Below are positions 46,124 through 55,143 of a stretch of 64,000 bases of DNA, one piece after another (the first letter of the stretch is position 1; each line of letters opens with the position of its first letter). The translations under genes were made by a program, and so were the position numbers. The stretch spans positions 1,897-65,896 of IMG/VR virus record IMGVR_UViG_2837658290_000001; one strand, written 5' to 3'. The DNA comes from a virus (taxonomy: Duplodnaviria > Caudoviricetes). The notes under the pieces were generated by a model that was not told the DNA's origin, searched no databases, and saw only the letters and a program-made list of their open reading frames with translations.

Positions 46124-46268
46124 AGCGGCGCTCTTCTGCGATGTCGAGGAACCCCGGCGGTTTACCCAGGCCGAGATCGACTGGCGTAGTGAAAACGCGC
46201 CGTGGAACCTCGCGCGGGACTTCAGGACCAACCTCAGTTGGGAACGGGAGTGTGGGGGAGGGATATAA
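46044..46268 (+). CDS. Putative o-spanin (Rz1-like lipoprotein)
   Basis: Overlaps the i-spanin 3' end in another frame; AAGGA upstream; MRLLLIPALTTCLSAGSC signal-like peptide with Cys, then Pro-rich segment. Confidence 0.6.
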   Translation: MRLLLIPALTTCLSAGSCLTPTPPAIEAALFCDVEEPRRFTQAEIDWRSENAPWNLARDFRTNLSWERECGGGI

Positions 46269-46569
46269 TCCTCCGGGGTGCGGTCTTCGCCAAATCCTGG
46301 GTCAACGAGTTTGCGTTCGATATCGGGAAATAGCCGCCAGCTGGCATGTGACCGCGAAGGTGGTGGGGATGAGAGCCAGGGCCTGGACGGGGCAGGCTGG
46401 AAGCGCCGCAGCCACAAATTTGGCAGAGCTGAGCGAGTGTTTGCGGCCAGACCTATTGCTTCCGTTAGGCGAATGGGGGCTTGCCATCGCAATACGTTTG
46501 TGGCCGCTTCGCTAAGATGTGGGTAAAGCACAGTACTATCGATGCGGAACATTTGTAGTCTCCACCGTT

Positions 46570-48741
46570 TTAAGGGCGCATGATTTTGCTGGGGTGTCCA
46601 GACCACGAAATCCGCAATGACTTCTTCGCCCGAGTGGCGGCGACGTGCAGAAGGGAGCGATACTGAGTGACGATATCTTCGCGATCAGCTGCATCAACGG
46701 CCGATTTCAGTGCCCCGGGCGGTGGGAAGGCGGACTCGGCCAGGAAGGGGATCGCCACGGCGAAAAACTCCAGCCCCTTGGCGCGGTGCATTGTCGTGAT
46801 CCGGACCCCGGGCACGGACCGGTCATCAGCGCCAGCCTGGAGAACCACTGTCTCGATACCGTCCGCCCGCAGCGCCGCGCTAACGCGCTCAACATCTGCG
46901 CGGCGCGCACAGAGGATTCCGATGTCCGAAAGTCGCACGTTTTCCGATGGGAGACTGCGAACCCAGGTTGAAACCCCTTTCAGTTCTTCGACTTCCGAAG
47001 TGCAGCCGACCAGTTCAGGCGACACACCATGCAGGAGGCTGACATAGCCCTTGAGGGTATCGCTTCCCTCATCGAGATCATCGACGCTGACGCCTTCCAG
47101 AACCGAAACAGCCCACGACCTGATTTCCTGCGTCGTCCGGTAGTTGAGCCTGAGCCGCTTCGAGCGGCCGCGCACGTTGATCCCGCAGCCCGCCATACTG
47201 GCGCGGCGCCCATAAATCCTCTGGTGCGCATCGCCCACGATGAAAAGGGAATTTCGATCCCCGGATGGACCTTCCGGGACGATCGCCCGGATCAGACGGA
47301 AGGCCTGCTCGCCCATGTCCTGCGCCTCATCCACGATCACGGCCGCATAGGGGAGGTTCGGTGCCTCGGAGGACAGGATTTCGATCGCTTCACGATAGGC
47401 ATCATCCGGCTCGGCGAGCCCCTCACTCACCACTCGGGCTCGATAGTCAGCGAAGATGTCCCATAGAGCGGCCCGTTTTCGGCGGTCAAGCGGCGTACCG
47501 CGTCCGGCCCGGGATACCTTGAGGTAGGCCCTTTGATCCATCAGACCTTTCGCCTGAACGATCTGTGCCCATTCCGCGCGGATGAACGGTTCCGAGAGGC
47601 CCTCGGGAAGCTCATGGTCGTCGAACACTTCGCGCCAGATCTGGTCCAGCCGGTCCCGCGCTTCCCCGAAGAACGCGACCTCGCGGGCGAAGCTTTTGCG
47701 CTTGAGGAACTGGGAGACCCAGCGATCGAGGTTGATCACTTCGATCCGGGGCGGCCGGGCAGCCAGATGCTCCGGGCAGAGGGTCCGGAGGTTCGCTTCG
47801 ATATCCTGTGCGAGACTGGTCGTGAACGTGGTCAATAGAACCCTTTGACCGGCCCTGGTCAGATCCTGTTCGATCTGATCGGCTAGGTGCTTCGCCCGGT
47901 GCATGGCGACGACGGTTTTCCCGGTCCCGGCGCCCCCGCGCACCATGGCCGGGCCGTTATAGTCCCGGTAGGCGAGCTTGCGTTGATCGGGGTGCAGGAA
48001 CACCCGCCAGCCTTCGAGCCCTTCCTCGAAGACGCGCCGCAGTTCCTTTTCATCTTCGGGGATGAAGATGGTCTGGCGGCTCTCCTCGGTCTCGATCATT
48101 TGATCGAAGGTCAGGTCGGCCGGTGGGGTTTCCGGGGCGGTTTCCGTCTCTTCCGGAACGCCCGTCAAAGCATAGACTTCCTCGTCGGAATAGCCCGCAG
48201 CGAGCGCATAGAGGATCTGATAGGTCAGCGGGTCGAACCCCTCTTCCGCCTCTTCGAGCCCCTCGATCGATGTAAGCGCCCGGACGGCTGGGATTTCTTC
48301 GTCCGGAACACCGAGGGCCTTCAGCCGTTTATCGGTCACTGCCGAGAACAGTCGCGGCTCTTCCGCGACTTGGGGCGCAGCCTCGACGACGGTCACGTCG
48401 AGTTCCTCAACGACGCGGATCCGGTTCGTGTCCGGGTCCAGTTTGACCCGCCGGTTTCCGGCCCAGCGGTAGGCCTTGTCGTGTTCGTTGACGTGCACGA
48501 ACATGATGTCGCGGCCGACCTCGAAAGCGATGGCCCGGTACCCCTGATCGACCCGGAGGGATTTGATCGAGCTGTCTTTCGCACCCTCCACAGTCTCGAG
48601 GTTGAGCCCGTTCGCGGACGGGTCCGACATATAGCGGGTCATCATATCCATGAAGCGCAGCGCCACCTTGTCGGGGAGCTTCCGCAGGCTTTTCATGCAG
48701 CCGATGTCATAGGAGACCCGCTTGTTGATCGCGTCCATCAT
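46570..48741 (-). CDS. UvrD-like SF1 helicase with N-terminal RelE/ParE-like domain
   Basis: GGAGTGKT, DEAQD, GD.HQRIY, NYRTT, TMHRAKGLEF, VAATRA; N-terminal GLNLE....D..SLRV..GYRAI...HD.AY.WA. Confidence 0.92.
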   Translation of the reverse strand: MMDAINKRVSYDIGCMKSLRKLPDKVALRFMDMMTRYMSDPSANGLNLETVEGAKDSSIKSLRVDQGYRAIAFEVGRDIMFVHVNEHDKAYRWAGNRRVKLDPDTNRIRVVEELDVTVVEAAPQVAEEPRLFSAVTDKRLKALGVPDEEIPAVRALTSIEGLEEAEEGFDPLTYQILYALAAGYSDEEVYALTGVPEETETAPETPPADLTFDQMIETEESRQTIFIPEDEKELRRVFEEGLEGWRVFLHPDQRKLAYRDYNGPAMVRGGAGTGKTVVAMHRAKHLADQIEQDLTRAGQRVLLTTFTTSLAQDIEANLRTLCPEHLAARPPRIEVINLDRWVSQFLKRKSFAREVAFFGEARDRLDQIWREVFDDHELPEGLSEPFIRAEWAQIVQAKGLMDQRAYLKVSRAGRGTPLDRRKRAALWDIFADYRARVVSEGLAEPDDAYREAIEILSSEAPNLPYAAVIVDEAQDMGEQAFRLIRAIVPEGPSGDRNSLFIVGDAHQRIYGRRASMAGCGINVRGRSKRLRLNYRTTQEIRSWAVSVLEGVSVDDLDEGSDTLKGYVSLLHGVSPELVGCTSEVEELKGVSTWVRSLPSENVRLSDIGILCARRADVERVSAALRADGIETVVLQAGADDRSVPGVRITTMHRAKGLEFFAVAIPFLAESAFPPPGALKSAVDAADREDIVTQYRSLLHVAATRAKKSLRISWSGHPSKIMRP

Positions 48742-51700
48742 GTGTTCATCTCCTGTAGTGCCTGTATAACTCTGGTGACCGTCTCGCCGATTGGATCGCT
48801 CTCCGGATCAAACGGGATGAGCCGCCAGCTCCCCCCCTCGCATGGCGTTTCCGCGATCGCGACGCCAGCCCCCTCCCAGCCAAACTCCATCATCCCCACG
48901 ACCCGCCCCTCGACGAGGAGGTCATCCCCGAACCGGTCCGGGCCTGGCACTTCGGCTGCGATCAGGGCGTCGATCAGGGGGTGGAACAGGTCATCACAAA
49001 GGGCCCGGGCCTCGAGCCAGGCTTCGGTGTCCGCATCCGTCGGCCCGGTCCCGACCGACATATCGGGTGGCGAGAGCGTGTCGAGACCCGCCAGTTCAAC
49101 GTGGAAACCGCGCACTCCCTGGAACAGATTGACGAGCCGCCAGAGACCACGCCAAGCCTCGGCGTAGAGGGCTTTCGCCGCAGGTTCGTGGCCCGGATCA
49201 GGGAGTTCCGCGCGCAGTAGAAGTCGAATATCGGCGTCTGTTCCCGCCCATTCCGTCGGAGAGATCTGCTTGCAGGCCAGATAGAGGTCGAGCACTCCCG
49301 CCCCGACATGCTCCGTCAGGCCCGGTGTCAGCAGGAACTGCCGCCCCTCTTCCGTCAGGGAGGCCTGGTGTGGCAGCTGATCGAGCGGACGCCCGGTCGC
49401 AACGAAGCCCCGGGTCAGAATCGAACGGCCCGGAAGTCCATCGTCCCGTGCACCATCCAAAAGGCGCCAGAAACCCTCAAGGGAGCTTTCCCCCTGAAGG
49501 GCACGGACACCGTCGATGTGATCTGCGAAGCCCGGGAAGGCGCACACCCGGGCGAGCCGTCCGACCTTCTCCCCGCTCAGGGCCGGTTCCGAGAGCGGAT
49601 TAAGGTAGGACCGGTTCTCTGCGTCGAGGTCTGCCCAGGCGAGGGTCCAGACCCTAACCTGACCAGACCGGATCATCAGGATCCGGTCGAGCAGGTCCTG
49701 GGCGACGGTATCGGCGTGATACTCAAGGCCATCCATCTCCAGAACGACGGGCACCGCTCCGGTCTGACCGGTGGGTGTAAGAAGGAAATCGACCCGTTTG
49801 CGGGGGAGACCCTTGAAACGGGCATCGATCTGCACCTGGGGTTCGATCGTCCAGAGACGAGGCCGGTCTTTCGGACCCGCGCGCAGCACAAAACCGCGAC
49901 GCCCGCCCGAGAGAACCTGCGGGGTCAGTGCATCGTCCCCATACCGGTTCGCAAGGGCGTTCAGGAGGCGCTTCTCAAGCGCACTTTCGACCATGGCGTC
50001 CCGGATCGACGCGTCGATCCCGGTCTCGGTCCGGCTGAGGCTGTCCCACTTCTGCAGGATCGCGTCCATCATTTGACGGGCTCGATCCCGATCCGGCTCG
50101 CCAGGTCCGAACTGGAAGCGGTACGGCTTCACGCAGCGGAAGCAGCCGTTCCGGTCCGGTTCCTGGTTACAGGGACAGTCCCGTAGCGCCTCCGCCGCAC
50201 GACTGATCACCGCCTTCATCGTGTCCGGGTGCTCACCAACCTGTCGCAGATACCCGGACCCGCCAGGGACCGCATCATAGAGGTAGAGGCTGCGGACGGT
50301 GGTCATCCCGTCGAGCTGGGCTGCGAAGATCGTGGAGCGGAGGTGGTCGACCTTCCCCGCGAAGTGTCGGCGCATGCCAAGGTTGATCGCCGCGACGAAG
50401 CTCTTCAGATCATCGTCATCCGCCTCGCCGACGACTGGGATCACGATCCGGATCGCTTCGGTATCAAACTTCCGCATCAGGAAGACCCCGGTCTCCCATC
50501 TCTCACGGGCGAGATCCGGTTCGCGAATGACCTTACAGCTAGGCGGATGGGTCCCACGATCGTCCTGGTCCTTCGCCGGCCTCTGCAGCGTGCCGCAATG
50601 ACGGCAGATCAGGAACGGCTGCGCGGGTCTCTTCTCGCCGGCGATTTTCGGGCCAGGAAGTGCGGATTTCGGGCCGAAGTTGAAATCCCGGAAGGTACAA
50701 TTGGGCAAGAACTCGAACCCGAAGGGCGCACCATTGTCCCGGCTCGTGAACCACGAAGAGGCGATGTCTTCCGGCCCGTGGAAGGGCATGAGAACTCGGT
50801 CGAACTGACGCTGGTCGCGCTGATCCCCATCTCGGATCGCTGCCTTCTCCTCGCTGTCGACAGAGATCACGGATTTGAGCTGGACGACATCGTGGTTGGA
50901 CCCAGAGTCGGACCACATCTCATCCCCGCAGCGCGGGCATGTGTTGGTTTCCGCGCCCTCAATCCGGTGCGCGACATGGGAACAGGAGGGACAGAAGGTC
51001 CAGCGGTTCAGATCTTCCTTCCCGATCTCAATCCTCTCGATTTCGACCTGTCGCCCGTTCGCATAGAAGAACTGGCCCGGTGCGAACTCTGACAGGGCCG
51101 AGCTGGCCGGTCGGGAATACTCCACGTAGAGAAGTCCGTCCTCGTCCTTCGACGCGGTCTTGGAAGGATCGTTGCGGCGCGACAGGATCGAGGTGAGTTT
51201 CACGCCCTCTTCCGGGAAGGCGTAGTTCGGCAGGATCCCTTTGTCGGTGAGGAATTTGATAACCGCCACGTCGTCGATCCCGCTGCGGATCAACCGGTTG
51301 ATCTCGGTTCGGTCACGCGCGATCTCGCCCTCGCGATTCTCGAACTCGTCATCGGTCAGCTCGGCGCGCCGTTTCCGCAGCCGGGTCAGCTCCTTCGTGG
51401 CCTCCTCGCGCTTCTCGATCAGTCGAGCCTTCTCGGCGGCAGCGCCATCGAATGCCGCGCCGATCCGCCATCCGATCGAGGTTTGATCAGTCCCGGTCAG
51501 GAAGCCGCGAACCCGGTTCACCAGGTCAGTGCGCGCCTGAACATCTGGCGGAAGCCCTGCCAGGAAGGCCGTCGCCAACTCGTCCCCTCTGGCTCGGACC
51601 AAATCCAGCCATTCAATGGGGAAACCCTCCGTCGCCCCGGAGGAGCGGCGTTTCAGGACATCGCGCACCTTCCCGTAATCCCCCGCCTCGGCGGACGCCG

Positions 51701-54700
51701 CGACATAGGTATCGAGGGTGAAGGCCGTCACCTGACGCAGAAGGACCTCTTCGGCCGCGAGGAAGACCCCCGGTGGGCGCACCTGCCCCGCCAGCATCGG
51801 GGTCGGATCTTCCCAGAACTGAAGGTCGTGGGCCCGCGAATTGGCGAGGACCATGTTCAGGGCATTCCCGTCGCGCCGCCCGCTCCGGCCCATCCGCTGG
51901 ACGTAATTCGCCTCCTCCGGGGGCACCGAGCCCAGAAGCAGGGTCGAGAGGTCCCCGATGTCGATCCCCATCTCAAGAGTTGGGGTCGCGGAAATCAGGT
52001 TCGGTGCCCACCGTGTCTCGCCCGTGATGAACCCGGTCTCGACCCGCAGCCGCTCATCGGTTTCGAGGATGCCGGTATGCTCGCGCGCGACCACCCGGTG
52101 GTTTCGGTTGGATTGAAGGGATCGGCGCAGAGCCGGGCGCGGCGGCATGCCCGCTACCACAAGATGCCCGGAACAGCCGATCTTGGTGCAGGGGGATCCC
52201 GCCGCAAAAGCCTCGTTCTCCTCGAGCGCCGTCTCCTGCCGACCACAGCGATCACAGGTGAGCCCGATTGTCCGGGTCGTGACCGTGATCTTGTCCGGGT
52301 CGATCAGCCAGGCGTGCCGGTTCTGCCCGTCCGGGCCGTTAACCCGGCGCAGGATGCTGTCCGCCTCAAGGCGCTGCAGAACCATCGGGTAGATCGTATC
52401 CGGGTCCGTTCCATAGCGGATATCTTCCGGACCCAAGGTCCGGAAGAGCCAGTCCCGATACCAGCTCACCCCCTGCGATTTCGTGATGCGCTCATACCCG
52501 ATCGGTGGGTAAGCCAGCGTTACCGGGATGGGCGCAAGGCCGCGCCGACTGTCCGGGGTCGGAAGCGTTCCGGTCCTGCCGACCCCCATTTGGGTCGCCG
52601 CTGCGAACCAGTTCAGGCCGCGAGCGCCCGAGGCCGTGGCAATCGCGCTGGCGATATAGGGATGCGCGACAGACCCTTGGCGGCGCATGCGCTGCACAAC
52701 ACCCGAAAGGAACCGGGTGAGAACCGCGGGATCAATGTCCGGGGCACCGGGGAGGTCGTTCTTGAGCTCGCGGGCAAGCCGTTCCGCAGAGGCGCTGAGG
52801 AGGTCACTGGAGACATCCGCTGCGGCCATGCCGTTCGCTTCAAGCGCGTGACTGAAATGCGAGCGATAGCTCAGGTCGACGAAATACTCCCACCCGAGAC
52901 GCAGCGTCATATGACGAAGGAAGCCCGTATCGGTGATCGAGGTCCCGGCTCGGATCAGGTCCTGATATCGGCTCCGCCACGTCTGCTCTTTCGGAATATA
53001 GAGCGCGGTGAAGGCATCCGGCCCATGTTTTTCGAGCTCCGCGGCAGGAACGGTTTCGATCACCTCCGCGAGGCTCATCCCATCGGTTTCGGCTTCCTCA
53101 AGGGCGGTGAAGAGGGATTTCTGGTAGACCGAGAGGGCGTTCCGGGTCTCGGCCACCGCCGCCCGGTGCGCCGCATCCTGCACGGAATCCGAGAACATCA
53201 GAAACCGCGGCTTCGCCTCCGGCTCTTCCTCGTTCTGAGCAGAGGTATAGAGGGTCCCCGTGATCCCGGTCGTCAACCGGGCGGCCCGCATCCCGAAGAG
53301 CAGGAGACCGCGCGCCTGACCGCAGGCCGGGCAGGATCGGTCGATCCGCCCGCTCGTTGCATCCGTCGGGTCATACATCCAGACCGGTGCGGCGGGACCG
53401 GTTTCGAGATTGTCGTGGTCCGACGGGGTAAATTCGATACTTTCGGCGTCCAGAAGCCCCTTCACGATCCGCACACCGCCGCCGGACGCCGGGATCATCC
53501 GATCAAGGGTCTCATGATAGAAGAGCCGGATCTTTCCGCCGGCGTTGTCATCGAAAAACTCTTCGTAGAGCTGCTCGAGCGGGGCCCAGCAGGCGGTCGA
53601 GTTCGGGTTCAGCCGCCCGACATGGGCGGTGGCCCCGCAGCGGTTACAGTTCACGATCGGGAGCGAGCGACGCAGGGCGTGCCTGTCGAGATCGAGGGCG
53701 TGGAACAGGTCCATCCGGGACCTGACGCCCCCCGCCTCGGTCCGGGGCAGATTCGTCACCATCCGCGCCATTTCGCGGATCCAGAGCTGAAGCCGGACGT
53801 TGAACAGGGGCCTTGGACTCTCGGCCGAACCGGACCGGGCCCAGGCGACCAGCGCCACGACCAGCTCCGCGAGCGCGCGGTGATCAGCCTCGGACCAGTC
53901 CCGCAGGACCCGGACCTGTCCGAGCCCGGCTGCGATTGCCTCAAGCGGGGCCGGACCTTTATGTTCGGCGATGATCTTGAGGACCCGCTGACAGAGATGG
54001 TGTTCTTTCAGCCGCTCACCAAGCGCGATCCGCCAGGCTGGATCAGCGGCATCGCCCTCGTCGAGGAAGGCGAGGTCCGGATCGGCCCGGTCCGGAAAAA
54101 GGGCTGTCGCCAGGCGATGTGCGGCGGCGGCCTGGTCCATTTCTTCCGCTTCGCGCAGGGCCGCGTGGATGTCCGTCGGATCCGGCCGCTCGAGATATTC
54201 CGGGTCTCCGAACACCTCGTTCGGCGTCTTCCGGGTCTCCGTCACCACCGCCCCTTCATCGAAGGGTTCCCCGAAAATCGTCTCGGCATACCGCCGCAGA
54301 TCGACCTTCGCGTCTTCACCCGCGCCGAGCGTGGCCGAAGACCCCACGCAGATCAGATGACCTTTCGGGGTGTTCAGGCGGTGTTTCAGGCGGCGCAGCA
54401 GAAGGGCGAGGTCCGCCCCTTGCGCCCCGTCGAAGGTGTGCATCTCGTCCACCACCAGAAACCGGAGCGTCTCCGGGTCGTTCTGCGACCAGAGCGGCTT
54501 GTCCCGGCCGCGCAGCAGGAGATAATCCAACATCTTGTAGTTCGTGAGAAGAATATCTGGCGGGTTTTTCCGCATCGTTTCCCGATGCGTGATCACGCTG
54601 TCCGCCGTCACCTCATGGGTCGCGTTACTCGGTTCCTTATCCGCATAGATCCCGGCCCGAACCCCGCTCAGGGACGGGATACTGGAGATCGCAGCCGCGA

Positions 54701-55142
54701 TCCGGCGCGCCTGGTCGGTGGCCAGCGCGTTCATCGGGTAGATCAGGATTGCCTTGATCCCGGGCTTCCCCTTGTTCCGCCGACAGTGGTCCAGGATCGG
54801 CCACAAATAGGATTCCGTCTTACCCGACCCGGTCCCGGTCGCGACCAGCGTCGAGCGCATCGTCGCCCCGCTCAGCCTGGCGAAGGCGTCCGTCTGGTGC
54901 TGGTAGGGGGCGAATTTCAGCGGCACCTCCGGGAAGGGTTGCGCCCATGTCTCCTCCTTCGCCCCGTCGATCTGCCGGAACGGCATGTCGACCGAGATCC
55001 ACGGCCCCTTCAGGAAATTCGCGGGCTCGGCGATGAACCGGTCCACCATCCCCTCGAAGGCGGGGCTGGAGCTGTTCAGCGTCGTGTGGACCAGTTCGCG
55101 CAGGCTGTCCTGCACATGACGGGCGAGGAGGATCGGGTTCAT
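48738..55142 (-). CDS. YprA/Hrq1-like DEAD/DEAH helicase with DUF1998 Zn module and C-terminal PD-(D/E)XK-like nuclease, 2134 aa
   Basis: TGTGSGKT, YPMNALA.DQ, TNYKMLD, DEMH, SAT, TPTLEMGIDIG, QRMGRSGR; YD.VPGGSGY..CPC...GCFRC; RVDF...EMDG..YH. Confidence 0.92.
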   Translation of the reverse strand: MNPILLARHVQDSLRELVHTTLNSSSPAFEGMVDRFIAEPANFLKGPWISVDMPFRQIDGAKEETWAQPFPEVPLKFAPYQHQTDAFARLSGATMRSTLVATGTGSGKTESYLWPILDHCRRNKGKPGIKAILIYPMNALATDQARRIAAAISSIPSLSGVRAGIYADKEPSNATHEVTADSVITHRETMRKNPPDILLTNYKMLDYLLLRGRDKPLWSQNDPETLRFLVVDEMHTFDGAQGADLALLLRRLKHRLNTPKGHLICVGSSATLGAGEDAKVDLRRYAETIFGEPFDEGAVVTETRKTPNEVFGDPEYLERPDPTDIHAALREAEEMDQAAAAHRLATALFPDRADPDLAFLDEGDAADPAWRIALGERLKEHHLCQRVLKIIAEHKGPAPLEAIAAGLGQVRVLRDWSEADHRALAELVVALVAWARSGSAESPRPLFNVRLQLWIREMARMVTNLPRTEAGGVRSRMDLFHALDLDRHALRRSLPIVNCNRCGATAHVGRLNPNSTACWAPLEQLYEEFFDDNAGGKIRLFYHETLDRMIPASGGGVRIVKGLLDAESIEFTPSDHDNLETGPAAPVWMYDPTDATSGRIDRSCPACGQARGLLLFGMRAARLTTGITGTLYTSAQNEEEPEAKPRFLMFSDSVQDAAHRAAVAETRNALSVYQKSLFTALEEAETDGMSLAEVIETVPAAELEKHGPDAFTALYIPKEQTWRSRYQDLIRAGTSITDTGFLRHMTLRLGWEYFVDLSYRSHFSHALEANGMAAADVSSDLLSASAERLARELKNDLPGAPDIDPAVLTRFLSGVVQRMRRQGSVAHPYIASAIATASGARGLNWFAAATQMGVGRTGTLPTPDSRRGLAPIPVTLAYPPIGYERITKSQGVSWYRDWLFRTLGPEDIRYGTDPDTIYPMVLQRLEADSILRRVNGPDGQNRHAWLIDPDKITVTTRTIGLTCDRCGRQETALEENEAFAAGSPCTKIGCSGHLVVAGMPPRPALRRSLQSNRNHRVVAREHTGILETDERLRVETGFITGETRWAPNLISATPTLEMGIDIGDLSTLLLGSVPPEEANYVQRMGRSGRRDGNALNMVLANSRAHDLQFWEDPTPMLAGQVRPPGVFLAAEEVLLRQVTAFTLDTYVAASAEAGDYGKVRDVLKRRSSGATEGFPIEWLDLVRARGDELATAFLAGLPPDVQARTDLVNRVRGFLTGTDQTSIGWRIGAAFDGAAAEKARLIEKREEATKELTRLRKRRAELTDDEFENREGEIARDRTEINRLIRSGIDDVAVIKFLTDKGILPNYAFPEEGVKLTSILSRRNDPSKTASKDEDGLLYVEYSRPASSALSEFAPGQFFYANGRQVEIERIEIGKEDLNRWTFCPSCSHVAHRIEGAETNTCPRCGDEMWSDSGSNHDVVQLKSVISVDSEEKAAIRDGDQRDQRQFDRVLMPFHGPEDIASSWFTSRDNGAPFGFEFLPNCTFRDFNFGPKSALPGPKIAGEKRPAQPFLICRHCGTLQRPAKDQDDRGTHPPSCKVIREPDLARERWETGVFLMRKFDTEAIRIVIPVVGEADDDDLKSFVAAINLGMRRHFAGKVDHLRSTIFAAQLDGMTTVRSLYLYDAVPGGSGYLRQVGEHPDTMKAVISRAAEALRDCPCNQEPDRNGCFRCVKPYRFQFGPGEPDRDRARQMMDAILQKWDSLSRTETGIDASIRDAMVESALEKRLLNALANRYGDDALTPQVLSGGRRGFVLRAGPKDRPRLWTIEPQVQIDARFKGLPRKRVDFLLTPTGQTGAVPVVLEMDGLEYHADTVAQDLLDRILMIRSGQVRVWTLAWADLDAENRSYLNPLSEPALSGEKVGRLARVCAFPGFADHIDGVRALQGESSLEGFWRLLDGARDDGLPGRSILTRGFVATGRPLDQLPHQASLTEEGRQFLLTPGLTEHVGAGVLDLYLACKQISPTEWAGTDADIRLLLRAELPDPGHEPAAKALYAEAWRGLWRLVNLFQGVRGFHVELAGLDTLSPPDMSVGTGPTDADTEAWLEARALCDDLFHPLIDALIAAEVPGPDRFGDDLLVEGRVVGMMEFGWEGAGVAIAETPCEGGSWRLIPFDPESDPIGETVTRVIQALQEMNT

Positions 55143-55143
55143 C

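Larger units (their letters stand above)
1..46268 (+). mobile_element. Lambdoid (cos/GpA terminase) siphovirus prophage, left end beyond window
   Basis: Co-oriented early, replication, packaging, head, tail and lysis modules in canonical order. No integrase, repressor or att site is seen in the window. The right boundary is placed at the end of the lysis cassette and is uncertain. Confidence 0.95.

Noticed and set aside
17392-46268. Gene transfer agent cluster
   Set aside because: Lambda-type GpA terminase and portal, cos-like site, own replication module and long tape measure indicate a genuine prophage.
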